From: an uncultured virus (IMG/VR IMGVR_UViG_3300028586_000786)
Taxonomy: Duplodnaviria; Heunggongvirae; Uroviricota; Caudoviricetes
Length of the DNA stretch: 64,000 nucleotides
IMG/VR virus record: IMGVR_UViG_3300028586_000786
Reading direction: 5' to 3' (one strand)
Numbering within the stretch: position 1 is the first letter of the stretch; each line of letters begins with the position of its first letter. The notes beneath the pieces were generated by a model. The model did not search any database. It worked only from the letters and a program-made list of their open reading frames with translations, and was not told the DNA's origin. The position numbers and the translations under genes are program-made. This document shows positions 1 through 10,726 of this stretch, piece by piece.

Positions 1-363
1 TCAGCTGAAGTTGAAATCAAAGAACAGGTGACCTTCAGCATCGCGGTATCGGGTGCCGGGCAAATGCGTGACGCCTGGCTCGACCTGAGGCGCGTTATGG
101 TACTCGCGGCGACGGGTATCCTTTCGGACCTCGTCGCGCCAGCGCACAGCCATTGCCAGAAAGTCTTCGACGTTCACGACTTTGTCGTATTCGTCCAGCA
201 GCACGGCGTCCGGTTGGCGCAGCCGCGCGGCCCAATCTGCGAACGAGAACAGGCGCTGCTCCGGGTGAGCCTGGAAGCGGAACATGCAGCCGGCGAATAG
301 CCCTACATGAGGGTAGTCATTCGAGGACACATTTGGGGTTTTCAGGTAGTAATTGGTACTCAT
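1..363 (-). CDS. hypothetical protein (120 aa)
   Basis: ORF with AAGGA SD and TCGCTACAC motif 28 nt upstream (392-400). Confidence 0.7.
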   Translation of the reverse strand: MSTNYYLKTPNVSSNDYPHVGLFAGCMFRFQAHPEQRLFSFADWAARLRQPDAVLLDEYDKVVNVEDFLAMAVRWRDEVRKDTRRREYHNAPQVEPGVTHLPGTRYRDAEGHLFFDFNFS

Positions 364-391
364 GAGGATATCCTTTTGTTGGGCCTGAAGC

Positions 392-400
392 GTGTAGCGA
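392..400 (-). promoter_or_regulatory. representative copy of the recurrent upstream motif TCGCTAYAC-N5-AGG
   Basis: More than 30 copies at about 25-40 nt from start codons; see findings. Confidence 0.8.
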
Positions 401-744
401 AAAGCGCTTTAGCCTCGACAAATTGTTGCCTAAAGCTTTACTCTATATGGCAACTAGCGTAAAATGTTGCAGATGGTAAATAGGTCAGTTGTCAGAAAAT
501 TTCTCCTTTTTTTCTGACAGCTGTGGGATGCACCACCTTCGACGCGAGCGATGATACATGCTACCGAATCGGGAACTGCAGAACACGTACAACACGAAGA
601 ATCCAATGCCGCTTCAGGCCCGACCCACTTTGGGCGAACTGCTGCGGATGGGCTTTCCGCTGTGGGCCCAGGTTGTAGCTTTTACTGCATTGGCCCTTTG
701 GGCTAGCCGCCAAATCTAACTAAAATTCGACTTTCACCGTCCAG

Positions 745-1323
745 ATGAACCTCCCTCCTGCTTCCACCAAATGGCTGTGCCCGATACCTCTGCAGCTTGT
801 CCGGACCGCCGAAAGTGAGTCTTTTCGCGAGCACGGCGCGGGCGTGACCGGCTTGCCGGTGGCGCCGCATCCAGGAGGCTTTGGCGTCGTACGAGCCAAC
901 CATGTTCATGAAGGTGTGGACCTTTACTGCGCAACAGGCACCCCTGTTTTCGCAGTGGAGGCGGGGACCGTTGTGGCCGTTCTGCCGTTTACCGGTCCCA
1001 AGGCAAATTTGCCCCATTGGCTTGACACGGACGTCGTGTTGGTTGAAGGAGCTTCGGGCGTCGTCGCCTATGGTGAGATTGAACCTCATGTACGGGTTGG
1101 CGAGGTGGTGGCGGCCGGCGCGCCGCTCGGCGAGGTAATTCGCGTGCTGCGCAATGACAAGGGCCGCCCGATGTCGATGCTCCACCTGGAACTGTATGAA
1201 GCTGGCACGCGCGATGTTGTCGCGAAGTGGGAGTTGGGTGCCCCGCAGCCGGTGCAGTTGCGGGACCCAACTTGCTTCCTCGAGGGGGTGGCTCTTCCGC
1301 GCGAAGCCGCAGAAGAGATGTAG
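745..1323 (+). CDS. M23 family peptidase-like protein
   Basis: HEGVDL (HxxxD), GTPVFAVEAGTV, V.VGE.V.AG..LG and LHLE motifs typical of M23; the first His of HxH is replaced by Met. Confidence 0.75.
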   Translation: MNLPPASTKWLCPIPLQLVRTAESESFREHGAGVTGLPVAPHPGGFGVVRANHVHEGVDLYCATGTPVFAVEAGTVVAVLPFTGPKANLPHWLDTDVVLVEGASGVVAYGEIEPHVRVGEVVAAGAPLGEVIRVLRNDKGRPMSMLHLELYEAGTRDVVAKWELGAPQPVQLRDPTCFLEGVALPREAAEEM

Positions 1324-1401
1324 TCGCCTCAAAGTAATCGAGGGGGCCGACTCTGGTTTCTATACGCAGTTCAGGTATGGACCATTTGGGGAGATGAGAC
1401 A

Positions 1402-1740
1402 ATGCAGACGACGAATAAAGTGGCAGTGGGTACGGGTAAGCGGGCCAGGAAGGCCACGCGCATTGCGTTGCGCAAGGGCGCAAAGGTGTTGAGCAAGCAT
1501 GGCTTGTTGTTGGGAGCGCTCGCTTTGAGTGCGGTGTTCGCAGTGGTGTTGCCTCTTCCGCAGGCGTTGGTGCTGTCGGGCGGGGTAATGGCAAGCGCGT
1601 TCTACATCCAGGTGCGCACCGATGCCAACCGCCGGCAGTCCGTACAGGAAGCATGCGACTGGCATCTTGCTGAGTCGCACATGTTCCTCGATGGTCAACC
1701 GTTTTATGTCGGTGCAGCCGAACAGGCAGAAGCCGCATAG
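1402..1740 (+). CDS. hypothetical membrane protein
   Basis: Hydrophobic stretch; TTTCTATAC motif at 1357-1365. Confidence 0.6.
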   Translation: MQTTNKVAVGTGKRARKATRIALRKGAKVLSKHGLLLGALALSAVFAVVLPLPQALVLSGGVMASAFYIQVRTDANRRQSVQEACDWHLAESHMFLDGQPFYVGAAEQAEAA

Positions 1741-1794
1741 TGAAGTCAATGTAATTGCACGCATTCCAGAGCCGGCACCGCCGGCTCTTTTCTG

Positions 1795-2154
1795 TTACAC
1801 GTCAATCATTCTCGGATTTTTGCCTCGCCTTGAGAGAGCCTCCCGCAGAGCGCCTCCTGCCTGGCCGAGACGGGGCAAGGCCCCTATGGCAAAAATTGGA
1901 ACGGAGAGTAGAGTCGCGGCAATCCAGTGTACTCCTAGACCTGCGTAGGCACCCCAAAATGCAAGGCTTACCCAAGTAAGCATCAGTGCCGCGGGAGGTA
2001 TGTTTAGCAAAAATATGCCGACCAGTAGGGCTGCGATGGGGCCAAGAAACTGCGCCAGGCCTAAATAAGCTAAGGCTCCTGACGATAGCAGCGCGGTTGC
2101 GAGAACTGCAGTAATTCCGAGAAGCTTCAACTTCTCCCAGTGATGACGCTTCAT
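1795..2154 (-). CDS. hypothetical multi-TM membrane protein
   Basis: Three to four hydrophobic segments; GGAG SD. Confidence 0.6.
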   Translation of the reverse strand: MKRHHWEKLKLLGITAVLATALLSSGALAYLGLAQFLGPIAALLVGIFLLNIPPAALMLTWVSLAFWGAYAGLGVHWIAATLLSVPIFAIGALPRLGQAGGALREALSRRGKNPRMIDV

Positions 2155-2423
2155 GCGGTGCTCCGTTACTTTCTGTGTGGTTGAAAGCCTGGCCAGAGGT
2201 GGGGCGGCTGTGCTGGGTCGTTAAGGGCGGGTCCTGGCGGTGCCAACCGACTGGGTGCCGATAGTTCTGGCTCCGTCGGACGGTGGCGGGGCCACCGGCA
2301 GCAGTGTGGATTTTCCCTGTATAGGCCCGGGGTTTAGTCCTGCCCGTACCCCGTTAGACCCTGCTGGCGCTCGCAGCTAAAGAATTTTCGCTACACGCGA
2401 GATACTTTCCTGTGAGAGCTCTG

Positions 2424-2777
2424 ATGCGCGTGTTCGTGTACTTCAATCTGCATAAAAAGGTCTGGTCCGTGCGCGCGCTCGAAGGTGTCGACTGCGGCCG
2501 CGTTATCCAGCACGCCACCGAACTGTGCCTGGCTGACTGCGTATTCAAGGTGTCCGAAGCAGGGCGCCAGCGCGTGATACGAGAGCGCTGTAAGAATGTC
2601 CACGCCGGCGTTGTTGGCACTTTGGTTGCTGCCGCGCCTGCGGACCTCAACCTCTCCCGTCGGGTCACCTACGACCCTTACCGCTTCGCCAGTTTCGTCG
2701 ACGCCGAAGACCACTCGCCGCTCACGGAAGCAACTTGGGCGGTATTCACCCCGCGCGCGGTGCACATCCCCGCTTGA
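2424..2777 (+). CDS. phage-type hypothetical protein
   Basis: VYFNLHKK.WS...GRVI.H...KNVHAGV pattern resembles conserved phage proteins; ATG 27 nt after TCGCTACAC (2388-2396). Confidence 0.7.
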   Translation: MRVFVYFNLHKKVWSVRALEGVDCGRVIQHATELCLADCVFKVSEAGRQRVIRERCKNVHAGVVGTLVAAAPADLNLSRRVTYDPYRFASFVDAEDHSPLTEATWAVFTPRAVHIPA

Positions 2778-2857
2778 GCAGGGCAATCGCGCTGCGCCAA
2801 CAATAAAAAACGGACACCTGGGAAGGCGTCCGTTTTGTTGAAAACATCTATTTTTGC

Positions 2858-3532
2858 TTACTTTTTTCGCGTGGCACGTGCTTTGCGGCCGGCTTTGCTG
2901 CGCACCAGGTTGCGTGCCTTGATGTGGGCGCGGTTGCGGACTTTGCTGCCGGCGCGAGTTCCGGTCTTGCTGCGAGCCTTCACGGGTGCTTTGAGGGGTG
3001 CCTGGGTATCGTCCGGCGCGCCTGTAGGGATATAGGCGGTCGCCGGCAAGTGGCTGCGATAGAAGAACACCCAAAGCGGGTAGCCATTGCTGGGATTGCA
3101 ATGCTCTTCAACGCGGACGAGCTCGAGTTCCGGATTGCCGTAGAAGGCCCGCAGGAATGCCTCGATTTTTGCCGGACTACGGTTGGCGAAGGAATCGCCG
3201 CCCTTGTCGTTGCCGCCTGCGAAGTGCTCTTGGCACAGTCGGCGGAACAGGCTGTAGTCGTGCTGCCAGAGGCGGTCGGAGTACACGGCGCCAGCGTCGG
3301 CCGGGGTGGTATCGAACTTCTTCCATTGCAGCATCGGGTCGTAGCTGTACGGGTGCGTGTACTTGGTGCGCGGGCCCAGGTGGAAGCCGACGACTTCGAT
3401 AGGGTTACCTCGCTTGTCACGCGGGCCCTTTCGTGGGTCGAACATGTACGGGTTGAAGTCGCCGTTCTTATCCATGATGCCGTAGTTGCCGTTTTTGTCC
3501 ATGAAGCCGCGCTGCTGGGAGTCGTAACGCAT
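2858..3532 (-). CDS. hypothetical protein with basic C-terminal tail
   Basis: ORF; GAAGGA SD; CTATAC-N5-AGGACAAC upstream. Confidence 0.7.
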   Translation of the reverse strand: MRYDSQQRGFMDKNGNYGIMDKNGDFNPYMFDPRKGPRDKRGNPIEVVGFHLGPRTKYTHPYSYDPMLQWKKFDTTPADAGAVYSDRLWQHDYSLFRRLCQEHFAGGNDKGGDSFANRSPAKIEAFLRAFYGNPELELVRVEEHCNPSNGYPLWVFFYRSHLPATAYIPTGAPDDTQAPLKAPVKARSKTGTRAGSKVRNRAHIKARNLVRSKAGRKARATRKK

Positions 3533-3632
3533 AGTGAGTTCCTTCAAGTAGTTGTCCTGTAGGGTATAGCTACTACGGCCGCGCGGAGTCGCTATACGGA
3601 AAAGGCAAATTTTTCAATCAGAGGACAATCGC

Positions 3633-4169
3633 ATGGCGACCAAGAAGCAAACGCAACAAACCCCAGATGCCCCTCGCGTAATCGGCACTGTACCCAAGAA
3701 GGTCTCGCTTCAAATCCTGGCACTGGCGAAGCTGATGCACGAGTATCAGGCAAGCATAGACTATATGGGAGAAGCTGCCGGCGTGCTGCCAGCAGGCGCC
3801 GAAGAGCTTCGTGAACAGCTCGAGCAGCTGCGTGGCGCCACGAACGCTGCTCGACTGAAGGTGCGGATTGAGCTCATTACCCTGGCGTGGGATGCGCTGG
3901 AAAAGCAGTCCGGCATCCGCAGGGGGCAGACTGTCATTCTGCAATATCGCGACCTGGGCGTGCTCGACCTGGACTGTCCGCAATTCGTCGTCAGGGAAGA
4001 GCAGCTCTATGTCAGCGGCCTGACCGTATCGGGCCCAACGCCGGAGGACTTCCGCTTCTGTCTCGAGGGCTTCCGCTTGCTGAAGAACGGCAAGCCAGGC
4101 AAGACCGAGGTCAACGTGGAAGTCCGCTCCGGCCTGAAAGTGACGCTGCTAGCTGACAGCGACGCGTAA
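3633..4169 (+). CDS. hypothetical protein
   Basis: ORF; GAGGA SD; TCGCTATAC at 3589-3597; terminator follows. Confidence 0.75.
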   Translation: MATKKQTQQTPDAPRVIGTVPKKVSLQILALAKLMHEYQASIDYMGEAAGVLPAGAEELREQLEQLRGATNAARLKVRIELITLAWDALEKQSGIRRGQTVILQYRDLGVLDLDCPQFVVREEQLYVSGLTVSGPTPEDFRFCLEGFRLLKNGKPGKTEVNVEVRSGLKVTLLADSDA

Positions 4170-4185
4170 CCTGTTTCACCAATTC

Positions 4186-4223
4186 AAAAGCCGCCGAACC
4201 TCATGGGTTGGGCGGCTTTTTCT
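4186..4223. terminator. intrinsic terminator, probably bidirectional
   Basis: AAAAGCCGCC...GGCGGCTTTTT between convergent genes. Confidence 0.75.
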
Positions 4224-4240
4224 TGGTTAAGGCGTGAAGG

Positions 4241-4450
4241 CTAGAACCAGTTCGTTCCTCGGTACGGGGTCTGCGAAGCAGACCAGTGTGCCAGTGCGAT
4301 GCAGGCGCAGCTGGCGACGGCTTTGGCAAAGGCCATGTCCAGGCTGAACAGGGTGTGCAGCACGTGCCCAATACTTGAACCCAAGAGCACCCCGCAGAGC
4401 ATCAGCCATATGTGCCGCACGTGCCACTCCAGTTTGCTATTGCATGGCAT
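4241..4450 (-). CDS. small membrane protein
   Basis: 69-aa hydrophobic ORF at the end of a minus-strand operon. Confidence 0.45.
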   Translation of the reverse strand: MPCNSKLEWHVRHIWLMLCGVLLGSSIGHVLHTLFSLDMAFAKAVASCACIALAHWSASQTPYRGTNWF

Positions 4451-4461
4451 TCTCGCGCCTC

Positions 4462-4704
4462 CTAGTCAGGCAAATACCGGGACAGCAGGAACGAGCCGGC
4501 CGGCGTGTTAGCCATTCCGGACTCAAGAAGCCCATAGAGCCGAGCTTCTGAAGCGGAGACTGCCGGGTCGGTTCGACCGGCCGAGGCTACATGCGCCAGG
4601 TGCTGACGTTCCCTTTCCGCCACCACGGGCGAATCAGTCAACTGGCCGGCAACCTGTAGAAGTCGCGCTTCGATACGCGCGACGCGCTGTTGGTCCGTAT
4701 TCAT
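4462..4704 (-). CDS. hypothetical protein (80 aa)
   Basis: ATG overlaps the stop of the upstream gene (translational coupling). Confidence 0.55.
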   Translation of the reverse strand: MNTDQQRVARIEARLLQVAGQLTDSPVVAERERQHLAHVASAGRTDPAVSASEARLYGLLESGMANTPAGSFLLSRYLPD

Positions 4705-5888
4705 CACGCAAGCAGCCGCGCCGACATCGAATAGGTCAACGCTTGAGGAGGAGTCCACTTGCCGCCATCCTTGTTCATGCCCACTTCGGCCTGACGCGAG
4801 GCGACGACGTAGTGATGCGCATCGTAGTCTGCTTGAGGGAAGTTCGGATGCTGCGATTGCATGACGGACAGCAGGCCACGAGTCCACTGTTTGAGGGTGG
4901 CCTGGATGTAGACGGCATCGCCGTACTGAGGCTTATCGGCAGGGGCGGCCAGGACGTTCTCCGCCTTACGGCGGAACGACACGCTGGTGCGCATCGTGTG
5001 GCCCTGCGCCCAGCCGAACGTGACCGTATGGCCGGCGTCGAATTCCTTCTGCAGCTGTGCGAACTCAGCGGAAGCGGCGAATGCGGCCATTGCTTCTGCA
5101 GCGTCGAAGTAGCGGGTCACTAGGCGGCCGTCGATTTCGCTATCGGCTTGGCGCGACAGGATACCGGCGGCTTTTGCGCCGGACGATGAGGTCCAGGCGT
5201 ACACCACGCATGCGTTGCCGTCTTTTTTGCTTACAGCCAGTTCTTTGTACGCGACGCCGGCGTAGGTTTCGTCCGCGTCCTCAGCCTCGCGCTGTGCGTT
5301 TTCGATGCCGCGCAAGCGGCGGCGGTTCGTGGCTTCGTCGAATTTGGAGACCAGGTTGAATTCGTCGCCCAAGGACGCTTCCAGTTCCATGGCCAGCAGG
5401 TCCCAGTCCAGGTCACTGGTCATTTCGGTCTTGCTGCGGGCCTCCAGCTGGGCTTCGGTCACCAGCACCAACACGGCGCCTTTTTGGCGCAGCAGGGTGT
5501 ACCCGTCGAGCAGCTCGAGTGCGGGGTATTCTTTGCTGGAGAGCAGGTAAAAGCCACTGGACGAATACAGTGGCAGGCCGTCTTCCACCTTCTGGGTCTT
5601 GGTGGCTTTGCCGTTGCCGTCTTTTTCGAACACCGGCGAAACCCCGTCGGCCGCAACAGCATACACCTTGCCGCCCATCAGCTTGTTGAAGTCCATGCCG
5701 CCTTTGCCCGGGCGCTGAGCCACCATTACAGCGGTGCCATCGGTCAGGAAGCCGCGGACGCGGTTCATTTGGTGCTGGTTTGCAGCTTCCTGGGCTTCCA
5801 GGCCTTTATTGGCCTTTTCACCTCGGACGACCATGCTTTTCACGGTCATTTCATACGATTTTTGCGGAGTCATTGAGAACACCTTCAA
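4704..5888 (-). CDS. hypothetical protein (about 390 aa)
   Basis: Long ORF with strong GC3 bias; start may be 5873; TCGCTACAC at 5964-5972. Confidence 0.8.
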   Translation of the reverse strand: MKVFSMTPQKSYEMTVKSMVVRGEKANKGLEAQEAANQHQMNRVRGFLTDGTAVMVAQRPGKGGMDFNKLMGGKVYAVAADGVSPVFEKDGNGKATKTQKVEDGLPLYSSSGFYLLSSKEYPALELLDGYTLLRQKGAVLVLVTEAQLEARSKTEMTSDLDWDLLAMELEASLGDEFNLVSKFDEATNRRRLRGIENAQREAEDADETYAGVAYKELAVSKKDGNACVVYAWTSSSGAKAAGILSRQADSEIDGRLVTRYFDAAEAMAAFAASAEFAQLQKEFDAGHTVTFGWAQGHTMRTSVSFRRKAENVLAAPADKPQYGDAVYIQATLKQWTRGLLSVMQSQHPNFPQADYDAHHYVVASRQAEVGMNKDGGKWTPPQALTYSMSARLLA

Positions 5889-6139
5889 GTAGCCCTCTCA
5901 GGCTTTTAGCGGGAGAGCCGGTTAATGGAAGTCGGTGCCTAAAGGGATGCGGGCACGCTTAAGGTGTAGCGAATCCCTTTAAATAAAAGAATACGCTAAA
6001 GAGCTAAAATCCACAACTCTTATCGAAGGAAAGGTCTGTTCATCACACGATGGACGCGATATGAGCGTATTGCTGAACCTTAAAAGAAAAAGCCCCACTT
6101 CAAATTAACTAGAAGCGGGGCGGGCGGGCAAATCCGGGC

Positions 6140-6637
6140 TCAGCCGGGGGAGGGTTCGGCTGCCATACGCAGGGGCCGAAGCGACGTGATGCGATATTTG
6201 CGCAGCTCGTCCAGAACTACGAAGGCTGGAACTCCCGTCTTCTCCATGAAGAAGCAGGCTTCGTTGACCAGGTTCGGTAGCTCGGCAATGAGACGTTCTG
6301 GCACTTCGCCGTCGACAGGATAGGCTTCATCGTCGAGTGCGCGGCCACTGCGCTTGCTGTAGGCCAGCGGAATTCGGGCAAGCTGGGAGTCGCGTCGTTG
6401 AGGCAGTACCAGGGTGACTTGCGTCTCCAGGTAGCAGTTCGCGCCCTCGGTAATGTGCATCTCGATGCGCGGAGCCGGCAATACGTCTTCGGCGGCGGGT
6501 ACGTACTGGTGACGCATCCAGTCGATACCAAAATCCAACTGACGACGAAGCGCGTCGTTTTCCTCTTCCAGCTCCTGCATCTCGCGGTCCTTCACGTCGA
6601 GCAATTCCTGGAGCCGAGCTACCGTTGCAGTATCCAT
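6140..6637 (-). CDS. hypothetical protein, N-terminal coiled coil
   Basis: ORF with AAGGA SD. Confidence 0.7.
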   Translation of the reverse strand: MDTATVARLQELLDVKDREMQELEEENDALRRQLDFGIDWMRHQYVPAAEDVLPAPRIEMHITEGANCYLETQVTLVLPQRRDSQLARIPLAYSKRSGRALDDEAYPVDGEVPERLIAELPNLVNEACFFMEKTGVPAFVVLDELRKYRITSLRPLRMAAEPSPG

Positions 6638-6738
6638 TTATCAATCCTTTGTCTCGCGGCAGAGCGCCTTTAAAAAAACAGCCCGCTGACCCGAATATTC
6701 GGTGCGGGCTGTCCTGGTGAGCCTAGGCCCAGTGAGAT

Positions 6739-8631
6739 TTACGCTGGCATCGGCACGGCGCCGGTCGGGATTTCACCGGTAACTTCCGGGGTGGACGCGG
6801 GCTTTACCTGCGACTTGCTGCGCTTTGGAGGACGCACGGTGCGGCCGGCCATCACGTCGCTAATCTGGTCCGCGTCGATGGTTTCCCACTCGAGCAGAGC
6901 GCCGGCCATAGCGTGCATCTTGTCTTCGTTGGCGGCCAAGAGCTCCTCAACGCGCTTGTACTGAGCCACCAGCACGCTGCGGATTTCGTGGTCAACTTCA
7001 CGCAGGGTCTCCGGCGAGACGAACTGGCCGGCCGTCGGGTCAGTTTCGTTCGAAGCCAGGACCATAGGGCCCAGGACTTCCGAGTAGCCCCAGCGGGTCA
7101 CCATGTTGCGGGCAATTTGCGTTGCACGCTCATAGTCGTTCGACGCGCCAGTCGTAGCCTGGCCCATGAAGAGCACCTCGGCGACGCGGCCACCGTACAT
7201 GACGGCAATCGTGTTCTCCAGGCGTTCCTTGTCGGTGCTGTAGCGGTCGCCTTCTGGCAGCTGCAGCGTGACACCCAGGGCGCGGCCACGTGGGATGATG
7301 GTGACCATGTGAACCGGGTCCGTCTTGTCCAGCAGTTCGGCGACAATGGCGTGGCCAGCTTCGTGGTACGCAGTGTTGCGGCGCTCCTCTTCAGGCATGA
7401 CCATCGACTTGCGTTCGACGCCCAGGATGGACTTTTCCTTGGCATCTTCGAAGTCGTTCATCTGCACGTGGCGGCTGCTGCGGCGGGCTGCGAACAGCGC
7501 CGCTTCATTGACCAGGTTCCCCAGGTCGGCGCCCGACATACCCGCGGTGCCACGAGCCAGCACCGAGATGTTCACGTCTTGGCCGGCAGGGATTTTGCGC
7601 ATGTGCACCGCCAGGATTTCTTCACGGCCGCGGACGTCCGGCAGCGAAACATACACCTGGCGGTCGAAGCGGCCCGGACGCATCAGTGCCGAGTCCAGAA
7701 CGTCTGGACGGTTCGTCGCTGCGATGACGATGACACCCGATTCCTTCTCGAAGCCATCCATTTCGACCAGCAGGGCGTTCAGGGTCTGTTCACGCTCGTC
7801 ATTGCCACCGCCATGGCCCTGGCCGCGCTGACGACCGACTGCGTCGATTTCGTCGATGAAGATGATGGCTGGGCCCTTGGCCTTGGCTTTCTCGAACAGG
7901 TCACGAACGCGGGAGGCGCCGACACCGACGAACATCTCGACGAAGTCTGAGCCAGCGATGGAGAAGAATGGCACTTTGGCTTCACCGGCGATGGCCTTGG
8001 CCAACAGGGTTTTACCCGTGCCTGGCGGACCTGCGAGCATGACGCCCTTAGGGATGCGGCCGCCCAGTTTCTGGAACTTGGCCGGATTGCGCAGAAACTC
8101 GACCAGCTCGCGCACTTCGTCTTTTGCTTCATCGCAGCCTGCGATGTCCGCAAAGGTCACGTCTTCAGTCGACGGCGCCTTTTCTTTGGCCTTCGTCTTG
8201 CCGAAGCCTGCCTGCGGGTTGCCTTTGGCGCCGCTCTGGCGCTTCATCATGAAAATCCACAGGCCAGCGAGCAGCACGATGGGGCCGAAGGCCAGGAGCA
8301 TCTGCCAGGCAGCGCCACTGTCGGCAGCTGTGCTGACTTTTGGGCCTGCCACATCGACGCGTGCTTTCACCAGTTCAGGCACGAACGTCGGGTCGGGAAC
8401 TGGGTTGACGCGGACCGTCTTGCCGTCTTTGTACATACCGATAGTGCCCTCAGGGGACACCGTCGCCTTGAAGACCTTGCCGGCTTGCGCGTCAGTCAGG
8501 AAGGCCGAGTGCGAAATCGTTGCAGTTGGTTTTGCCGGAGCTGCATCCTCCAGGAACGAAAAGGCCAGTGCGGCGCAGATGCCTGCTCCAGCAATGATTC
8601 CCATGATAGTTTTTTTGTTCATCAGGCGCAC
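6739..8631 (-). CDS. ftsH: ATP-dependent zinc metalloprotease FtsH
   Basis: Two N-terminal TM segments, Walker A GPPGTGKT, Walker [24 protein letters not shown] zinc motif. Confidence 0.97.
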   Translation of the reverse strand: MRLMNKKTIMGIIAGAGICAALAFSFLEDAAPAKPTATISHSAFLTDAQAGKVFKATVSPEGTIGMYKDGKTVRVNPVPDPTFVPELVKARVDVAGPKVSTAADSGAAWQMLLAFGPIVLLAGLWIFMMKRQSGAKGNPQAGFGKTKAKEKAPSTEDVTFADIAGCDEAKDEVRELVEFLRNPAKFQKLGGRIPKGVMLAGPPGTGKTLLAKAIAGEAKVPFFSIAGSDFVEMFVGVGASRVRDLFEKAKAKGPAIIFIDEIDAVGRQRGQGHGGGNDEREQTLNALLVEMDGFEKESGVIVIAATNRPDVLDSALMRPGRFDRQVYVSLPDVRGREEILAVHMRKIPAGQDVNISVLARGTAGMSGADLGNLVNEAALFAARRSSRHVQMNDFEDAKEKSILGVERKSMVMPEEERRNTAYHEAGHAIVAELLDKTDPVHMVTIIPRGRALGVTLQLPEGDRYSTDKERLENTIAVMYGGRVAEVLFMGQATTGASNDYERATQIARNMVTRWGYSEVLGPMVLASNETDPTAGQFVSPETLREVDHEIRSVLVAQYKRVEELLAANEDKMHAMAGALLEWETIDADQISDVMAGRTVRPPKRSKSQVKPASTPEVTGEIPTGAVPMPA

Positions 8632-8674
8632 AGTAGTTTCCTCGTCGCGTTCATAATGTTAGGTACGTGAATCA

Positions 8675-8703
8675 ATTATACAGCAGCAGATGTAGAGGTG
8701 CAA
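8675..8703 (-). promoter_or_regulatory. sigma70-type promoter of ftsH
   Basis: TTGCAC-N17-TATAAT on the minus strand. Confidence 0.7.
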
Positions 8704-8806
8704 GCAAATGATGTCTTTATTAAAAGTGTCTTGTGTGAAGGGATGCAACAGTAGGCCTCCTCAAAAGAAAGTGGCCCCGAAGGGCCACTTTTAGAAGTGA
8801 GCGGAT

Positions 8807-9043
8807 TTACGATGTGAGTTTGTCTGCGTCGTCCAGCACTGGCTTAATAGCCAGGGTAAGGGCGATGCCTGCAAACGACACGCTAACTAGCACCATTTCA
8901 GCAGGAGCGAGCTTGCCATCAAGGTTCAGCGTGATGATGGTGAAAAGCGCCAAAAAACCATTGACGCCCATTGCCATAGGCAGTTCTCTGCCGAGGGCTT
9001 TCCAAAAGGGGTGCGGCGTAGTGCGGAGTCGGACAAGGGTCAT
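8807..9043 (-). CDS. small 2-TM membrane protein
   Basis: GAGGA SD; hydrophobic segments; terminator at about 8767-8793. Confidence 0.6.
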   Translation of the reverse strand: MTLVRLRTTPHPFWKALGRELPMAMGVNGFLALFTIITLNLDGKLAPAEMVLVSVSFAGIALTLAIKPVLDDADKLTS

Positions 9044-9280
9044 TACAGGAGTCCTCTGAAGTTACGGGCGAGGGAGTGGGGTGCAACAATGCTACTGTAA
9101 CATGAACTGAAATGAGTTGGAAGAAATATATCGCGCTCGGCAATACGGGTAAGTTGTTGTAATTGAAAGATAATATGGGATATAGAGGCGGCGTCTTTTA
9201 GCGCACTAGCAGCACAATCAGCTGCTAGCAGACGGACGATTTTCTGTGGCTACACGAGGTTTACCTTCCTGGAGAATCTC

Positions 9281-9601
9281 ATGGCTGTATGCGTAGACCT
9301 GATTATGACTCTGTTGCAGGAGCTGGAACAAACGGACCCCCTCGATTTTGGTGATATGGGCGTTTCGGAAGAGTCGGCACGCCGGGTAGTTGCACTGTCA
9401 CTTGCAAAGTTCAGCGAGGACCTTGCTGCCGGCGGTATTCCTCCTGAGCTACGAGAGCATCTGGCCTTGGCCACGGCCGCGCGCGTAGTACTCGACAACC
9501 TGGTCCTCAACTATCGGCTGCTCGTGGCTTCCGGCACACCGGATACAAGTGCCGACGAGCTTCTGGCCAATATCGCCGCGCGATTCAACCGGCCAACCTG
9601 A
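9281..9601 (+). CDS. hypothetical protein
   Basis: GGAG SD; TGGCTACAC 25 nt upstream. Confidence 0.7.
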   Translation: MAVCVDLIMTLLQELEQTDPLDFGDMGVSEESARRVVALSLAKFSEDLAAGGIPPELREHLALATAARVVLDNLVLNYRLLVASGTPDTSADELLANIAARFNRPT

Positions 9602-9763
9602 ATATTGATGACTGAGGGCGGAGAGGGCTGCAGATGCAGCCCTTTTTGCTTTAGAGCCGTCACAGATAAGTTAGCGCGGCTACACGCCACTGTTCTCACA
9701 CGCGCCTTCATCCCGTGTCGCTACACATTGAAGGTCACCCCAATATAGAAAAGGATTGTAATT

Positions 9764-10348
9764 ATGGCAAAGTTGTTCTTTCGACACTCGGCGATGAACG
9801 CCGGCAAGAGTACGGCCCTGCTGCAGGTCGCACACAACTACAACGAGCAAGGGCAGCAAGCCCTGGTATTCACGGCGGCGGTCGACGACCGTTACGGCGT
9901 TGGCAAGGTAACTTCGCGACTTGGCGTGTCGCGTGAGGTCCCGGTGTATCGCACCGATTCGGATTTCAACGATTTGCTGAGTACGGCAACCGGCCCAGTC
10001 GCATGCGTGCTCATCGACGAAGCGCAATTCCTGAGCGACGCCCAGGTCCGTCAGCTGCATCGCATCGCACACCTGAAGAACGTTCCGGTCATCTGCTTCG
10101 GTCTGCGTACGGACTTCAAGGGCAACGCTTTCCCTGGCTCGGCAGCACTGTTGGCACTGGCTGACGACCTGGAAGAGCTCAAGACGATTTGCAAGTGCGG
10201 TCGCAAGGCCTCGATGAACATGCGTGTCGATGAAGCCGGCCGTAAGGTGGTCGATGGCGCCCAGGTGGAAATTGGCGGCAACAGCCGTTACCGCTCGGTC
10301 TGCCCGCGCTGCTTCTATGCCCTGGACGTCGCCGCAGCCGCAGCCTGA
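9764..10348 (+). CDS. tdk: thymidine kinase
   Basis: AMNAGKST P-loop, IDEAQF, GLRTDF, C.CG...C..C zinc lasso. Confidence 0.96.
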   Translation: MAKLFFRHSAMNAGKSTALLQVAHNYNEQGQQALVFTAAVDDRYGVGKVTSRLGVSREVPVYRTDSDFNDLLSTATGPVACVLIDEAQFLSDAQVRQLHRIAHLKNVPVICFGLRTDFKGNAFPGSAALLALADDLEELKTICKCGRKASMNMRVDEAGRKVVDGAQVEIGGNSRYRSVCPRCFYALDVAAAAA

Positions 10349-10370
10349 CACCTGCCCTGAGGCCATAGCC

Positions 10371-10706
10371 ATGCTGACGCTTACCAATGAGAAGTGCCGT
10401 GCTAACGCGCAAGAGGCACACCCGAAAGCACCTTTCCAGCCAGGAGAGGTGTACCTGGTCCGCTACATGACGACGCCAACGATGGTCACCATCCTTGCCC
10501 GAAAGGGCGATATGGTCACCACCTGGAACGCTACGGAGACGGTCGAGCAGTTCAACGCTCGCGTAATCTGTCTGATGGGCCGCCGGCCGCGTCTGCTGGG
10601 AGTATTCCTCCCGTGGGTGAAGCTGCAGCCTGAGCGTGTAATCCGCCACGACCTGCCCGATGGCGTTGGCACAAGCCACGCCTTTTGGCGCACGGGTTCT
10701 ACCTGA
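10371..10706 (+). CDS. hypothetical protein
   Basis: GAGG SD, directly downstream of tdk. Confidence 0.55.
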   Translation: MLTLTNEKCRANAQEAHPKAPFQPGEVYLVRYMTTPTMVTILARKGDMVTTWNATETVEQFNARVICLMGRRPRLLGVFLPWVKLQPERVIRHDLPDGVGTSHAFWRTGST

Positions 10707-10726
10707 TATCAATTTCGAGGACAAAT

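Noticed and set aside
381..621. 12-bp inverted match CGCTTCAGGCCC at 381-392 and 610-621
   Set aside because: Short and about 220 bp apart; may be chance.
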